Shown piece by piece: positions 1-12,803 of a stretch of DNA of 64,000 nucleotides. The notes under the pieces were generated by a model, which was not told the DNA's origin, ran no database searches, and was given only the letters and a program-made list of their open reading frames with translations. Made by a program: the position numbers and the translations under genes. Source of the DNA: Octopus vulgaris (lineage: Eukaryota); the NCBI GenBank assembly GCA_951406725.2, contig OX597819.1, forward strand, positions 45,632,001-45,696,000, read 5' to 3'. Each line of letters opens with the position of its first letter. Position 1 is the first letter of the stretch.

Positions 1-27
1 ATATATATATTTATATATATATATATA

Positions 28-1276
28 CAGTGGTTGGACAAAATAATGGAAACACCTAGCATCATAATATCATAATTTTGAAATATCTATAAAACCGTCA
101 AAGCTTGTTTATTTTTATGTTTTTTTATTTATTATTTGAGTTGCTTAATATGTTTTGCTAAAATTGCTATTTTCAGATATCATCAGAAAAAGGTAATTAA
201 AATTCATTAAAATAACGAATCTACCGACTTTCAAAAAGGTCAAATTGCTGGTGCTCGTATAGCAGGCGCTAGCGTAACAAAAAACAGCCAAAATGTTTGG
301 TCTATCAAAAAGTACTGTCTCGAAAGTAATGACAGCCTTTGAAAAAGAGAGAAAAACCTCGTCGAAGCAAATCTCCGGAAGAAAAACCAAAGATAGGGAC
401 CGTCGGACTTATACGCGAATTGTTAGAAAGGATCACAAAGATACAGCTTCCAAAATTACTGCAGAGCTTAATGACCAACTCAAGAACCCAGTTTCCGCAA
501 AATCTGTTCGGCGGGAGCTGCACAAACCCGGATTTCACGGGAGGGCTGCAATCAGAAAACCACTGCTTTCAAAAACAAACGTTGCAAAGCGTTAAGAGTG
601 AAGTAAAAACCTACAGAATTGATCCCTAGCGCGGTGGAAGAATGTTATTTTCTCAGATTAATCATCCTTTACATTATTTACGACCACCGTCCGCGTATAC
701 ATATGGAGACAGCCAAAAGAAGCATTTGACTCAGACTACCTTCTTCCAACTGTTAGACATCGAGGAAGATCTGTGATGATCTGGGTGGCTGTAATTTGGA
801 AATCCACCGGCCCAATGGTTTTCCTACATGGCAGAATTAATTGTCAAGTCTATTGAAGTATTTTCTCTGATCAAATTCGTCCTATACTTGCGGAACTGTT
901 TCCGGGGGAAAACGCTATCTTTCAGGATGATAGTGCATCAATTCACACAGCTAAATTTGTTACTGAATGGCTCGAGGAACATTCTAGTGAAGTTGAACAT
1001 CTTATCTGGCCACCACAGTCCCCATATCTCAATATTATTGAACATTTATGGTGCATTTTAAGAAACAAGAAAGGAGTCAATATCCTCCGCCATCAAGAAC
1101 TGGAGACTGCTTTAGCTGAAGAATGGACAAAAATTCCTTTGGAAACAATTCAAACTTGCTATGAGTCCATACCTCGTAGAATTTAAGCTGTAATTACTGC
1201 CAAAGGTGGTCTTATCCCTTATTAAAATAAATTTGTTGAAAATTTTAGGTGTTTCCATTATTTTGTGCAACCCCTA
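28..1276 (+). mobile_element. Full-length decayed Tc1/mariner DNA transposon, DD36E spacing (Incomer-like), short TIRs
   Basis: TIR cagtggttggacaaaataatggaaacaccta (28-58) matches taggtgtttccattattttgtgcaacccct(a) (1246-1276) in reverse. TA on both sides, about 1.25 kb long. Encloses a broken transposase. Confidence 0.93.
213..1225 (+). pseudogene. Tc1-family transposase pseudogene (stops and frameshifts)
   Basis: Across frames: DFQKGQIAGAR, SKSTVSKVMTAF, SVRRELHKPGFHGRAAIRKPLL, VIFSD*S, IFQDDSASIH, WPPQSPYLNIIEHLW, KGGLIPY*. There are 36 residues between the second catalytic D and E. Confidence 0.9.
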
Positions 1277-1307
1277 TATATATATATACATATATACATA
1301 TATATAT

Positions 1308-1511
1308 CAAAAGACGTCAACAAGAAACTATGGTATTACAACCAGCCAGGCAAAGTCGTCGGTACATTTGCGGCACCTGCCAGAGGGAGTGTTTGTCCAG
1401 GATAGGACTACACAGCCACAGCAGATGTATTAGAACATGAAATGTAAAAGCCAGACTAGATTATTTTATGCGCAACTCCATTGTCTCCCGAGACAAAAAG
1501 GATGCCAACAA
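1308..1511 (+). mobile_element. 3' end of an RTE-clade LINE (C-terminal C2H2 finger and tail)
   Basis: Translates to YICGTCQRECLSRIGLHSHSRC, the CxxC..SRIGLxSHxR motif of RTE ORFs. A short 3' UTR ending gatgccaacaa follows. Confidence 0.75.
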
Positions 1512-1526
1512 TATATATGTATATAT

Positions 1527-1693
1527 ATACGAAGGGGTTCTTTCAGTTTTCGTCTACCAAATCTGCTCACAAGGCTTTGGTTGCCCCGAGGCCATAGTAG
1601 AAGATACTAGCCCAAAATGCCACGCAGTGGGACTGAACCCAGAACCATGTGGCTGGGAAGGAGGCTACTTATTACACAGCTACTCCTGCGCCT
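1527..1693 (-). mobile_element. tRNA-derived SINE family A, head and core
   Basis: The reverse complement aligns with the full copy at 49219-49631 (aggcgcaggagt..ggttcagtcccactgcgtggca..gatttggtagacg). Confidence 0.88.
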
Positions 1694-2109
1694 ATATATG
1701 TATATATTTTATAAATGTATATGTACACATATACACATACATACATGCATGTCTATATGCATGCACACACTAGTACATGAATACACACACACACGTTCTC
1801 TAGCCAATATATTTCATACAATACATATCATAAAACAACGCAAGCAACAGAAATCATTGATATCAGTAAATAAAAGCTTGTATATTGTTTTCCTGGTAAT
1901 TCTACGTTGGCAATATTTGATTTTCAATTTTAGATTCATGAAACTACAATAACAGGAATGTGAAAGATTGTGAGTGCCCAATATAGACATTTTACCTAGC
2001 AATCCATGGATAAGAGTTATGGTTTTATTTTACTGTTTTTATTTGTATTTATTTATTTTTTGTTTGACTTTTTGATAATATTGACCGCAACTGACAGTGT
2101 CATAGCAGA

Positions 2110-2320
2110 AGCGTTTCTCTGGCTGAATGGTTAACACACCGGGAAAAATGCTTAGCGGCATTTCGTCGGCCTTAAGTTCCTAGTTCAAATTCCGACAAGG
2201 TCGACTTTGGCTGTCATCGTTTGGTGGTCGATAAATTAAGTACCAGTTAAACACTGTGGTAGATATAATCGACTTGTCCCCTACCCTGAAATTTCGGACC
2301 TTGTGTCTTTAATAGAATGC
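2110..2320 (+). mobile_element. tRNA-derived SINE family B (Meta/MESC-like central domain)
   Basis: aaatgcttagcggcatttcgtc..gttcaaattccg..ggtcgataaattaagtaccag. Matches the copies at 42858 and 57418. Confidence 0.85.
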
Positions 2321-2457
2321 TGTTATAACAGGAGTAAAATATGAAATAGTGTGAGGACGAAAGACAATATATATTATCTAACGACTTGGAAGTTAAGTAC
2401 ATTTGTGTAAATAGAAACGGACAGTTAGCAGAAGATCCATCTCTCTCTCACTTTCTA

Positions 2458-2490
<33 letters not shown>

Positions 2491-2519
2491 ACCTCACTGT
2501 ATATACGTATTTTATTTTG

Positions 2520-2683
2520 TATCTTTTACTTGTCTCAGTCATTTGACCGCGGCCATACAGAGGCACCGCATTGGGGGGTTTAAATGGAACAAATCGATCT
2601 CACGGCTTATGGGTTTTTTTAAGCCCAATATTTATCTTATCGACCTCTTTCGCCGAAATGCTAAGTTACGGGGACATAAACAG
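2520..2683 (-). mobile_element. SINE family A 3' tail fragment
   Basis: ttttacttgtctcagtcatttgaccgcggccat..ctaagttacggggacataaaca is the reverse complement of the family A tail. Confidence 0.75.
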
Positions 2684-2684
2684 A

Positions 2685-3136
2685 TTTGCTTGTCAGTTGT
2701 TTGACCTTAACAAGTTGAGCATGTCCCTTAGTGGCTGACGATATGTGCATCTCTGATCACGAGCAGAAGTAGTGAGGGAGCATCATAGCCATGTGTTGAG
2801 AGGGATTCTTTGGGGTTTAAATAATTCACCTCTGGAAACATGGGTGGTTATTTCAACATCCTTAAACAACCCTTATTCAGGGACCTTTTGAGCGGGATGG
2901 GCTACTCAACCTGAAGAAATTTCTAACTGGGCCCCACCTGCAAGGTCATGTGCTGTTTATCTTGATATGAGATCACCATGTCGCGCATATATGGTTGTGA
3001 TGCATGTGCCTGGTGTACCCTTATCAGACGGGTAGTCATGATGGGTATATTGGGCTTCGTATATTTTACACCAGTGTCAATTTGATGGCATGAACTGCTC
3101 TCTCAGTCAATAATAATAATAATAATAATAATAATG

Positions 3137-3176
<40 letters not shown>

Positions 3177-3177
3177 T
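2685..3177 (+). mobile_element. 3' end of a non-LTR retroposon with an (AAT)n tail
   Basis: A relatively GC-rich block of about 425 bp that interrupts a SINE and ends in about 22 AAT units. Clade not determined. Confidence 0.5.
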
Positions 3178-3185
3178 AGGGTACG

Positions 3186-3336
3186 AGTATTATAAGCTTA
3201 ATGCTAGTAAGTGATCACCACCCAATGACTAAAGAGAATACTTTTTTCCGTCGAGGGCTTATAAACCCCATTATTAGTCATTAGTCTTTAGTCATTGCGT
3301 GGAGATCGCTAATAAACTTTAAGCTTATAAAATACT
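3186..3336. repeat. Imperfect fold-back inverted repeat (about 50-bp arms)
   Basis: agtattataagcttaa..caatgactaaaga (3186-3235) versus tctttagtcattg..ttaagcttataaaatact (3285-3336). Confidence 0.8.
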
Positions 3337-3339
3337 ATT

Positions 3340-3474
3340 AGGAATGGCTGTGTGATAAGTAGCTTGCTTACCAACCACATGGCTCCGGGTTCAGTCCTAC
3401 TGTGTGACACCTTGGGCTAGTGTCTTCTATAGCCTCGGACCGTCCAAAGCCTTGTGAGTGGATTTGGTAGACAG

Positions 3475-3505
<31 letters not shown>
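3340..3505 (+). mobile_element. SINE family A head and core, ending in (TG)n
   Basis: ggctgtgtgataagtagcttgcttaccaaccacatggctccgggttcagtcc..ccttgtgagtggatttggtagac. Confidence 0.88.
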
Positions 3506-3683
3506 ATCCTATAGTCTTCTGTGGATCTTGCAAACAATGCAGATTTTCCATATCGACTGTTATGGATCTCTTTTGAATGTTTGCATTCGATTGATTGTAA
3601 AGTTTCTGCTAAATAATTCTTGGAAACAACTCTAGCGTTGAGACATTTTCGTGGGATGAGAATTAGAATATTTTCTTCCATAT

Positions 3684-4095
3684 AGGCGCAGGCGTGGCAC
3701 TGTGGTAAGAAGCTTGCTACTGAACCACATTGTTCCGGGTTCAGTCCTACTGTGAGACACTTTGGGCTAGTATCTTCCACTATAACCTCGAGTCGTCCCA
3801 AGTCTTATGAGTGGATTTGGTAGACGGAAACTGAAAGAAGCCCGTCGTATACATATGCATATATTTATGTGCGTGTGTTTTTGTGTCTGTGGTGTTCCCA
3901 CCACCATCACTTGACAATAGACGTTGGTGTGTTTAAGTCCCCCTACATTAGTGGTTCGGCGAAAAAAAAAAACGATAAGTACTAGACTTACAAAGAATAA
4001 GTTCTGGGATCGATTTATTCGACTAAAATCCTTTATGGCGGTGCTCCAGCATGGTCGTATTCAAATAATTGAAACAAGTAAAAAAGTAAAGGAAT
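3684..4095 (+). mobile_element. Full-length SINE family A
   Basis: Head, core, internal TA/TG tract and tail ggcggtgctccagcatggtcg..gaaacaagtaaaa are colinear with 49219-49631. Confidence 0.9.
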
Positions 4096-4184
4096 ATCTA
4101 AATGGAGATGTGTTACATGCCTTAGATCTATCGGATTACTTTAAGACGCAGTAATACTTATATTTAGTTAAAACTGTTTACAGA

Positions 4185-4800
4185 TGTTTGTATATATGCA
4201 GAAAATGTACACCACCAGCTGCCACATACAATATGCATAGAGCTCTGCATCTCTGCTCTGATATATTTACGTATCTTTGCGATGTTATTACTGTTCATGT
4301 AAGAGATGAAGCTATATCATCAGCTTGCCGACATATTCATTTTGATAACGATCTTGACTAACGCTCTGTAGATCTGATAAAACCAATTCCGGCATTTCCT
4401 TGCTTTGAACTAATTCATACTACGGGTCACGTTCGCCTACTAGCAAAAAAGTGTCCACTATAATGGGGGAAACTTTTATGGAAAGCAGTCAGATCATCAA
4501 AGCTGTACAGCTAGGACAGATCAAAACGTCTTGGAATTTGACATTTCACCCAATAGATCTTGAACTTTACCCTGGCCAGTGAACGTTCCAGTAGTCCACA
4601 ACAAGCAGTGTTGCACACTGTGCAATTCATTTATGTCACAAACAGACAATAATGTAGACCAGGGTGCCTCTCAGTTTAGATCTAAGGTGCATCCAGATTG
4701 CGAAATGATGGATCTGTTTATGCATTGGATGACCAGAATGAAAAAGGCAACCGCTGAACAATGTTATAATCAACGATTCCCATCTGTTCTACACTTAACT
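4185..4800 (-). mobile_element. Possible very degraded Tc1/mariner transposase C-terminus
   Basis: Minus-strand peptides FAIWMHLRSKL..LVY and RCRALCILYVAAGGVHFLHI resemble DFxLWGxLKxxVY and CxxxxGGHFEH. They lie too far apart, so the call is weak. Confidence 0.25.
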
Positions 4801-4999
4801 GACAACACAGTTCCAACCCTGCCAATCGATGCTAACACATGCATTGAAGTATTTCATTGTTGTGATTCAGTCTTCTTTAGAGATGGCTGGAATGACAGTC
4901 CTAAGAGACTTATAGAAATAAAATTTTGTTCTTCATCACTACCCAGAATAAGTACTGACAATATTTGTTACTGATGTAAGCTCAAGATCGGAATTTTAG

Positions 5000-5385
5000 G
5001 AATCATGGGTAGATCGGTTATTTCCTATTATTTAACTGCTACTATATTTTATAGACTTAGACAGACGAAAAGCAAATTTTATCTTGGCGGGTCTCAAACT
5101 TATAAAGAACCTGAACGAATGATATTGTTCCCGGTTCTCAAACGATCCCCCAACTTTCTTAGCAACGACAATAATGTTTTGGGCATCAAGCTAGTAGACT
5201 TGAGGAGTTAGGTGTTAGTCGATATCATCAATCCCAGCACTAGATGGGTATTTTATTTTATAAACTCCAAAAGTAAAAATGGTAAAGTTAACCTTGATGA
5301 GATTTGATCTCAGAGCGTAATGACTGGGAAGAAAAACAGAAAATCACTTTGTCTTATATGCTAATGACTGTACCAGCTCGATACA
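5000..5385 (-). mobile_element. Two degenerate SINE family B copies
   Basis: Remnants of gtattttattt..aaagttaacctt..gatttgatctcagagcgtaa..tgctaatgactgtaccagctcg. Confidence 0.55.
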
Positions 5386-5439
5386 TTACGTGCCTGTAAT
5401 TATAATTTTGTAATGATTATTATAGATAAACGATCACCA

Positions 5440-5830
5440 TTAAGTTATTTTTCAAATTCATAAACCGTTCGCTGATTCCGCGTTGTAGATACATCAAGTT
5501 TGCTCCTAATGAGAAGGTTGGTGCCCACATCTCTCATTTCATATACTGCTTTCCTTTCCAGATAAATGTTTATCCTTCCCATATTTCTTTGAGTTGACTA
5601 TCAGATAGAGCGTAAATATCTGTAGTAAACAAGCTGTCTACGCAATTAAAGCTGTTCTGCATCATATGACAAGCAGATGGCAAAGGCTATCGATGGTCGT
5701 TTTTACATTCCAGCAGACGATCATAAGATTTTCGTATGATTTCTGTTCATTATTTGAATTTCTGAGAGCGTTCTTGGGCGTCCGCTGTTTGAGCTAAAAT
5801 GGCCAGACATGATTGGTAGAGACAAGCAAT
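5440..5830 (-). mobile_element. RTE-clade LINE 5' fragment (APE endonuclease N-terminus)
   Basis: Across frames on the minus strand: NLMIVCWNVKT, RTALIA, SQLKEIWEG*TFIWKGK, GISERFM. These match the RTE pattern WNVRT..RTALVA..QLKE..YTFFWKG..GINDRLM. Confidence 0.7.
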
Positions 5831-6609
5831 TTGTAGATCAGCTTTTCTAGACTCTTCAATCAAACAATAAGTTCTATACTTAAGGACTGCCCAGATGAAT
5901 TTAGAAGCAATCGATATTCGTCATTATTTCATCTGACGAAGAAACTACTTTAAATCTCCCAAAATGTCGCCTATGTGCTAAGCATATTTAGAATTAGAAA
6001 ATCAACCAGCCCCCATAACACAATAAACACCAATTCTAGAAATACATAAAAATATCATCATCCTTATCCCACCTATTCTCCAGGCCGTCGAATCTCTATG
6101 CGTTGCAAATTTCCTTCGATATATCACGTGGAAAATATAAAGATAAGACACAGACTCTTCATGAAAAGAAGTAAAACCAAATTTTTTGCCTCTGTTTTCT
6201 TCTAAAAATTATCAGCATTGTCCCAGTGAATTTCGAGACGAGAACAGCTCAACATTACAAATACTCTCATTATCACAGCAATGACCCTAGGCAGCAAATC
6301 TATCTCAGCATTCACTAAATGCATGTATAAATTTTTTTGTCTTGAGAGATATTTGTTAACGAAAACTAAGGCTAAGGAACGCCTCGTTCCGTGATGTTAC
6401 ATCGCATTATACGCCAAAAAGAAGTCACTGCACGCTACTACTAGGTATTAGTATATGCAACAGGGGATTCGTTCATCCTTTGACGGTTGATGTTTCTCTT
6501 TGGTGGATTACTAGCAATCTTACTTCCAAAGCTAGCTTGGTGGTGATACCAGGTTAGGTGTTAATGATCCATATTTGCATTGAATTGATTTAGATGTTAA
6601 CTAGCGTTT

Positions 6610-7237
6610 CGCTTTCTAATAAGCGAGAATGTGTCAGGTCTCCATCGAAAACAGTGGAGTTTGGGGATAAGAGCCTGATGCTTTGGGGTTGCATAAAAAG
6701 TGACGGTTCAAGAAAGTTGGTTAAAATTGACGGTAACCTGAATAGTGCCAAATACATCCAGTTGCTGAAGGACAATTTGATACGAGAGTTGTCTGAATAT
6801 GAGATTTTTCAGCATGACGGAGCTCCATGCTACAGATCAGGCGCAACACAACAGAGTCTAGTTGATGAAGGTGTTACCGTATTGAAGGATTGGGTAGCTC
6901 AGAGCCCTAACTTAAATATCTTCGAGCAAATGTGGACAGAACTAAAGAGAAGAGTTCCACAGAAGAATCCACATAATGTCGAAGAGTTGTGGGAGCTCAG
7001 CCATAGAGAATAGTATCTCATACCTGTGTAGATGGTAAAGGATTTGTACGCATCACTTCTCAGACGCATTGAAATAATTATTCAAGCTAAGGGAAGCCTC
7101 ACGAAATATTAACAATGTACAGTAACTTCTTGAAATGAACATTATGTAATAAATTTTCATTATATACAATTTTCTGTTTTAAAACATTGTATCTTGATTG
7201 CTTTATGTGAGGTGGCCGAAACTTTTTCACGGCTATT
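6610..7237 (+). mobile_element. 5'-truncated Tc1-like transposon, DD35E spacing
   Basis: KTVEFGDKSLMLWGCI, FQHDGAPCY, DWVAQSPNLNIFEQMW, IIQAKGSLTKY*. A probable right TIR (gtggccgaaactttttcacggcta) follows. The left TIR was not found. Confidence 0.85.
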
Positions 7238-7795
7238 TTGATGGTCGTCTCGCATCTTCCCCGCTCATTCAGTGCCCTTACTACAAAATATAATGACTAA
7301 GTATGTAAATGGCACCAACAGGGCCAATGTTTTATCTGTAAAAATCGCAATGCGAGACATCCACTTGTAAGTTGGCAGTTATAGAAATTTACAATAGTTT
7401 AAGGTGGCCGAAGAGGTAATGCGAACACAGACTTCAAAACCAGCATTTTAACCACTGTCACCATTTTACTCTGTTACATAGTCCTTGACATTACTCTATC
7501 TGTCATCCTCCATTCCTTCATCATCATAGGCATGATTACCACCATCGTCGTCGTAGTAGTCATCATTTTTCCGAAACATCGACGGAAACAATTTGCAAAC
7601 AACCTTACCACCACCATCATCGACCGACGGTAGTTAAGGCTACTACACCACCATAACCAAGAGATCGCCGCCATCATCTCTATTACTAATATCACCATCA
7701 CCACATTGAGCACCAACAGTGTCACAAGTCATTATTACCATATCAAAAAGCAAAAACAAGAAAAATAATGACAGCCACAAGGAGCCAAAGGAAGA

Positions 7796-8256
7796 GTGCC
7801 ACATATAGAATTCATTACAAGCAACAACGTGAGCCACACCACAATCACCACTACAACCATAGATACTATATTCGATAACCTTCCATTTTTCTGGACATCC
7901 ATGACTTTTCTACCCGCCCAGTTTTCATTCATATCCATCATTATTCCTCTCTCCCTCTGTCTCCAACACAAACTTTATCCATCTTCTCTCTTCGCAACCA
8001 GCACCACAAGGACAAAGCAAAAAAACAAAACAAAAAAAAACAGTACCACATATAGAATTCATCACAAGCAACAACGTAAAACCGCACCACATTCACTTCC
8101 ACAACTACCGATAGTATATTCGATAATCTTCCATTTTTCTGGTCATCCATGAACTTTCCTACCCCGCCCAATCTACATTTATATCTAGCATTCTTCTTTC
8201 CTACCCCGTCTCCGCTACGAACTATATCCATCTTCTCTCTCCGCGACCAACACCAA
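7796..8256 (+). repeat. Diverged tandem duplication, period about 247 bp
   Basis: ccacatatagaattcat..tatattcgataa..ttccatttttctgg..tatccatcttctctct recurs from about 7796 and about 8043. Confidence 0.85.
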
Positions 8257-8392
8257 TTTTACAACAGTCGTTGATAAACCTATTAACATAGGTTATAAAT
8301 ATTTCAAACGAAAACAATCTATTGATTCCTACTCATTGCTTTAACACTCTTGGAATTCTATTATTTTGGTTTTTTTGGTAGTTTCATTGTAT

Positions 8393-8416
8393 TTATTATT
8401 ATTATTATTAATATTA

Positions 8417-8489
<73 letters not shown>

Positions 8490-8597
8490 CTTTGCTTTTT
8501 GGTGTGTTTTGGAATTTGTAATTTATAATTTCGGTTACTTGGTTATTTTTGCTTTTATTTCCTTTTTGTATAATGTTTATTGTCGTATAAGAATTAC

Positions 8598-8644
<47 letters not shown>

Positions 8645-8678
8645 GATATATATACACACACATCTAGTCATGAATAAA

Positions 8679-8729
<51 letters not shown>

Positions 8730-8910
8730 AAATATCTAATATATATTTTGATTATTCTTGTCGTCATACAGACACACGCACACACATATATACACAGGCT
8801 GACATTTTATTCTCCCTGTTTTTCATGTATTACATTTTTATGAGGATTTTTATGAACTGCAAAGTACAAATGTTTGTGTACTTTGTGTGTATGTGTATGA
8901 GAGGTAAGGA

Positions 8911-8963
<53 letters not shown>

Positions 8964-9044
8964 TTCTCGCGTATGCAAGTAAACGTATTACTACACACAC
9001 ACTCACACACGTACCCACATTTTACTATACACACACACACACAA

Positions 9045-9077
<33 letters not shown>

Positions 9078-9687
9078 CGTAGGTGTTCATATACCGACGA
9101 ATATATAGATAATTTTATTTCAGTTTGATAGTCGTTCATTTAACAGCTATATATATATAATGTATATATCTATATATACATATAATTTATATATACATAT
9201 ATTTGATATATACATATATGTATACATACATATATACATACATACATATATACATATATATACATATATGTATATACTTCAAATTGTAATTCACTTTCCT
9301 CACATCCTTCCTTCTTTTCTTTTCTTGTTTTTTTTTGTTTTTACTTTCCTCATTTTCTTCCTTCCTCTTTTCTTCTCTCTTGCAAATAAGCAAAAATAAG
9401 TAAATAAAATGTAAATCCAATGAATATATTGCAAAAGACAGAGAGAAAACATAAAAAGTAAAATAGAAAAAAAAAAGAAAGAAACCCCGCTAAATGTAAA
9501 AAAGAAAATAAATAAAAAAAAATTATATAGATGAAAGGAAACAATGATTGCTTTGTAATCATTTGCTATTATGATGAATGGGCTTAGATAATATGACATA
9601 CACTCACGCATTTATACACATACACAGATGTGTATAGACATGCATACAGTCATATACGTGTGTGTACACACTCACACACACACACAC

Positions 9688-9722
<35 letters not shown>

Positions 9723-9767
9723 ATGTCTATGTTTATAGCATTATGTATGTAAAGATGCATACATGTG

Positions 9768-9832
<65 letters not shown>

Positions 9833-9847
9833 ATATATATATGTATG

Positions 9848-9901
<54 letters not shown>

Positions 9902-10404
9902 TATACATCGTATGGATGCATATATGCGTGTGTGAGTGTGTGCGTGAGTGATTGTGTAGTCACGCACACAACAACTAAATGAACAACAAGGATTTCACAG
10001 AGACAAATATATAGAATCGATCGTTAACAATAAACTGCTAAATCACTTTAGATGTTCGTCTGGGTGCATGTGTGCACATGAAGAAGAAAAAAAAAACTAA
10101 CAATAAAATATATACATTTCAAATAAAATAAAATAAAATAAAAACAAAACACAAACCGATGAGTCTGTGTGCATGTACTTGTGAGTAACAGTGTGTCTGC
10201 GAACTGGTGTTTTGTATGTTGGTATATGTGCTTGTGTTGTTGTATGTATGTTTCTTTGTATATGTGTGTGTTACATACTGGTGTGTGGTTCTCCGTTTTA
10301 AGTGCACATAACGATTGTATCTACACCACAGATGTACTTGTGTATGCTTTGTAGATAGAGGAATATTTCCTTAGATTCTTTGTACTGTTGGAGTATCTCT
10401 CCTC

Positions 10405-10473
<69 letters not shown>

Positions 10474-10653
10474 GACGGCGGTCATGCTGGGGCACCCCGA
10501 TCAAGATTTTTAGTGGATCGTATCTGTCGCAGTAAATTGGTTCAGCAAACGATATGAACACATACGTAAACAAACATACATAGACACACACATACACACA
10601 AACACACAGACTAACTCACAGACTAACACACACAAACATACACATACACACGC

Positions 10654-10726
<73 letters not shown>

Positions 10727-10913
10727 TATATACATATATATGCATATGTGTATGTGTCTGTGTCTGTGTCTATGTGTGCTTATGCATTTTTGTCTATTAT
10801 TTGTTTTAGTATTAGACAAACACGACACACATACACACCTCTGATGAGACTGATAAAACGGTTAAATAGTCGGCCGGTTATATAGACTGAATCTCTCTCT
10901 ATATATATACATG

Positions 10914-10944
<31 letters not shown>

Positions 10945-11374
10945 GAATAAAATACATTATACTATATATATACACACTCCCGATATTATGTATTCTATGT
11001 ATATCCATATATTCACAAGCACACACACACATACACACACATACATACATAAATACACACACACATCATACTCACATACACACATACGCATACACACATA
11101 CACACACACAACTACGGCTGCATGGTTGGTTGGATGTATGATTGGTCGAACTGACGGATCGATCGATTGAAAACGGAAATTGTAGATTTGTGAGTGATAG
11201 GGTTTTCATTTGTAAACAAGGGAGTGGTGTTTAATTGTGGCTCTCCACCATTCCGGAGCCCGTCGGTTTTGAAGTTTAAATACCGCCTGGTCAGAATTTA
11301 TCTTTCATCTCAGTGGAATCGGCAAAATAAGTAAGTACCAAACCAATCCCATAATTGAGGAGGCAAACGTGCAG

Positions 11375-11454
<80 letters not shown>

Positions 11455-11565
11455 ACACACACACATATATATAGAAACATATATACATATATAGCTACTT
11501 ACACGTACCTACCTACCTGCCTATCTACCTACCTACCTACATACATACATACATACATACATACA

Positions 11566-11595
<30 letters not shown>
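8393..11595. repeat. Microsatellite-dense block: (ATT)n, (TA)n, (CA)n, (TACC)n, (TACA)n
   Basis: Simple repeats are directly visible and account for the [12 protein letters not shown] ORFs. Confidence 0.95.
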
Positions 11596-11596
<1 letters not shown>

Positions 11597-11799
11597 TCTG
11601 TTATCTACTTGTTTCACTCATTAGACTACGGCCATAACCCGTTAACGTGTACAATATTTTCTTCTGTTTTGCTTATGTGCGTAAATGCTTATACTTTGTT
11701 TTAGTCTTTTAACCGGGCATTGTTCGTATCCATTTTCACAGCCCTTCCAAGATTGGTCAGCAGCAGAGAGGTATCCTAAAACCTGGGACCTGACCGGAA

Positions 11800-12350
11800 A
11801 TATATATTCACGAATAAATTACCATGAAAGTACTAAATGTACCTCATCACTTTGCATTATCTCGCCTGACTCGAAACTCTCAGCATCTTTATCCAAATGA
11901 TGTTGTGCTTTCACAAATGAGGAAATCTTAATTTGTAGCTTTTTTTCATCAAACAGCCAGACTTTTGAACTCTCTTCCATATCATTGTTTTATTTCTTCT
12001 TATGGCCTGAGCTCTTTCAATTCTAAAGTAAATTCATTTCTTTTATCTTCATTATTCCTACTCCATAGTCCCTTACACTAAGTGGATTCTCGCTTGAATC
12101 GAAATCCACAGCATCTTCATCCAAATGCTGTTGTGCTTCTACAAATAAGGAAGTCTTCTTTTAGTTGTAGCTTCTTTCATCAAACAGCCAGACTTTGGAG
12201 CTCTCTTCTGTTTCACTGTTTTCCCCCTTCTTATGACCTGAATTCTTTCAATTCTAACATAAACTCATTGTTTTGTCATAACTTCTCTTTCGTAGCCTTA
12301 CACTAAGTTGTTTCAAGCCTTGTTTAGGACTTTCTATTACTATAAAAAAT
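11800..12350 (+). mobile_element. Tandemly duplicated 3' end of a CR1/L2/Jockey-group LINE
   Basis: The second unit reads SFFHQTARLWSSLLFHCFPPSYDLNSFNSNINSL. Units start cagcatct at about 11881 and 12109. An A-rich end lies near 12345. Confidence 0.75.
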
Positions 12351-12803
12351 ATATGTGGTAGCTGTGGTGTTAAACTGGGAGACGAATTAAGTTTATCACC
12401 CAAATAGGTCACAGCGGGATGTGAACTCATACTGCAAAAGCCTGGAACAAATGCTGAAAAAGCCTTGGCTCGACGTTCTTACAGCTCTACTAATCCACCA
12501 CTTTATATGTGTATGCTTTTATGCGCCTCGAAAGGATGAGAAGCAAAGTTGACCTCGGAGTCATCAAAGCGATGAGAGTCAGAACAATCACCTTGAAGCA
12601 TCCTTTCCAAAATTCTAACGACTCTACCAATTTGTCTGTGTGAAGTCCTAATTTTGTCATTTCAATGTATAACCTCACGTTCTCAGTTTTCTTTCTCTTA
12701 TTGGAGCTTTACTCATTTTTATACCTTGACTATATTCGGTTCTCCAGCTGAGTAATGTTCTTTTGAAAAGAGTTTAAAAGAGTTTAAAATCATTCATACC
12801 GAG

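Noticed and set aside
4579-4974. 131-aa plus-strand ORF
   Set aside because: It has a non-ATG start and no recognisable domain. It is more likely antisense to a TE relic or a chance ORF.
8341-11488. Many ORFs rich in YI, VC, HT, I or N (also at 18.6-20.9, 32-38, 47.5-48.8 and 62-64 kb)
   Set aside because: They are translations of stop-free dinucleotide and trinucleotide microsatellites.
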